Source: Mobula hypostoma
Taxonomy: Eukaryota
Direction of reading: 5' to 3'
DNA length: 64,000 nucleotides
NCBI RefSeq assembly: GCF_963921235.1
Contig: NC_086108.1
Span: 10,292,001 to 10,356,000 of the forward strand
Part shown: positions 62,746-64,000 of the stretch, in pieces
Numbering within the stretch: position 1 is the stretch's first letter
How the letters are laid out: each line of letters starts with the position of its first letter
Translations under genes and position numbers: made by a program
The notes under the pieces: generated by a model
What the model saw: only the letters and a program-made list of their open reading frames with translations
Databases searched by the model: none
Told to the model about the DNA's origin: nothing

Positions 62746-64000
62746 TGTGGTGACCCACTTTCTAGCACACACGAACCGGCTCACAACAGCGCGCGCAGGC
62801 AGAGGGCCGGCCCCAAAAAGAGCTCCAGGCCATCTTCACCAGCAGGGGGAGAATCCTGCACGTGGAAAGGGTCTGGGAATATGCATTCCCCACAGCAGTC
62901 CCGCCCAGCGAGGGCGGGAACGGGAAGGCTTTAAAGCAGGCCGTGAAGTTTGAATAAATCGCTTTCATCGCAACTCCAACTCACCGACTCCACGTGGTTA
63001 TTCTAGTGCTGTGTGTAGCACACCGCTACAATTGGTGACCCCGACGGCCCAAACGATATTTGGGCCAGAGATGATTGACGCCGCATCTGTTCACGCAGTT
63101 TCGTTACAACTGCCAAGCTTTTGGCCGCTGAGACTCCGTCTGTGGTTGGAACAGGCAGAAGCACAATTCCACATTCGGCAGATAACCTCGGAGTCCACTC
63201 GCTACTACTACGTGCTGAGCTCCCTTGACCAGGAGACAGCTGTACAAGTTGAGGAGTTTATACAGTCGCCCCGGAGGACAGCAAATACACAGCATTCAAA
63301 GCCCTGCTCATAAGGACTTTCGGACTCTCACGGCGCGAACGAGCACGCCGCTTAATGCACCTGGATGGTTTGGGAGACAGGCCGCCATCAACATTAATGA
63401 ACGAAATGCTGGCCCTGGCTGAAAGACACAAACCCTGCCTCATGTTTGAGCAGGCGTTCCTAGAGCAACTGCCCGAGGACATACGCCTGCTGCTGTCCGA
63501 CGCAGATTTCAGCGACCTCCGGGAGGTGGCGGCCCGAGCAGATGTGCTGTGGAATGCCAAGAAGGAGAGAGGGGCGTCCGTCGCACAGATCACCAAGCCG
63601 CGTGCCCAATGACAGACCAGACCGGGCCCGGCAGCAGAGCCCAATGAACAATGGTGCTTCTACCACCAGCAGTGGGGCACAGAGGCCCGCCGCTGTAGAC
63701 CACCCTGCAAATTCCTGGGAAACGCCAAGGCCCAGCCGCCGCCGATCGCTACGGCGGCTGGCCATCAGGACAGCCTCCCGTATGTCTGAGACAAGCAGTT
63801 GGGACACCGATTTTTGGTTGACACCGGAGCGGAGATCAGCGTCTTACCTCCAGCGAGTTATGACACCAGCAACAGAGAACCGGGACCCACCCTGAGGGCC
63901 GCTAATGGCAGCACAATACGAACCTACGGCACCCGCACGGTGCGGCTACAGTTCAGCTCCAGCCGGTTCACGTGGGACTTCACACTGGCCGCCGTGGCCC
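62746..64000 (+). mobile_element. Gypsy LTR retrotransposon 5' part (LTR 62746-63030, gag, protease), runs off the window
   Basis: TGTGGTG...CGCTACA LTR with AATAAA; gag from ATG 63071 (LPSFW..WLEQAEAQF, WCFYHQQWG..C..PC); protease FLVDTGAEISVLP; frameshift near 63270 and internal stops. Confidence 0.92.
63033..63046 (+). other. Primer-binding site, tRNA-Trp type
   Basis: TGGTGACCCCGACG equals the first 14 nt of the tRNA-Trp PBS; 2 nt after the LTR. Confidence 0.85.

Overview
Vertebrate genomic DNA, not prokaryotic. The repeat mix (esterase-type CR1, Rex1/Babar, Penelope with hammerheads, V-SINE) suggests a cartilaginous fish; this is inference. The window is almost entirely nested, decayed transposable elements plus two C-rich minisatellites and a ~4 kb TG-rich tract, and I recognised no intact host gene. 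Main elements: a Tx1-type ORF1 relic running into a 30-bp minisatellite (1-3640); a minus-strand CR1 holding a SINE and two solo LTRs, one of which holds a Gmr1-like Gypsy (SCAN-like gag, integrase before RT, 6975-11929); a PNMA-gag Gypsy (14601-22515) holding a near-intact CR1; Tc1, Chapaev3-like and mariner-MITE DNA elements; Penelope fragments with minimal hammerhead motifs; four copies of a ~620-bp non-tRNA retroposon with a YY1-like head; and a tRNA-Trp-primed Gypsy at the right edge. Families were assigned by eye from motifs, with no database search. Boundaries without a target-site duplication (TSD) are approximate.
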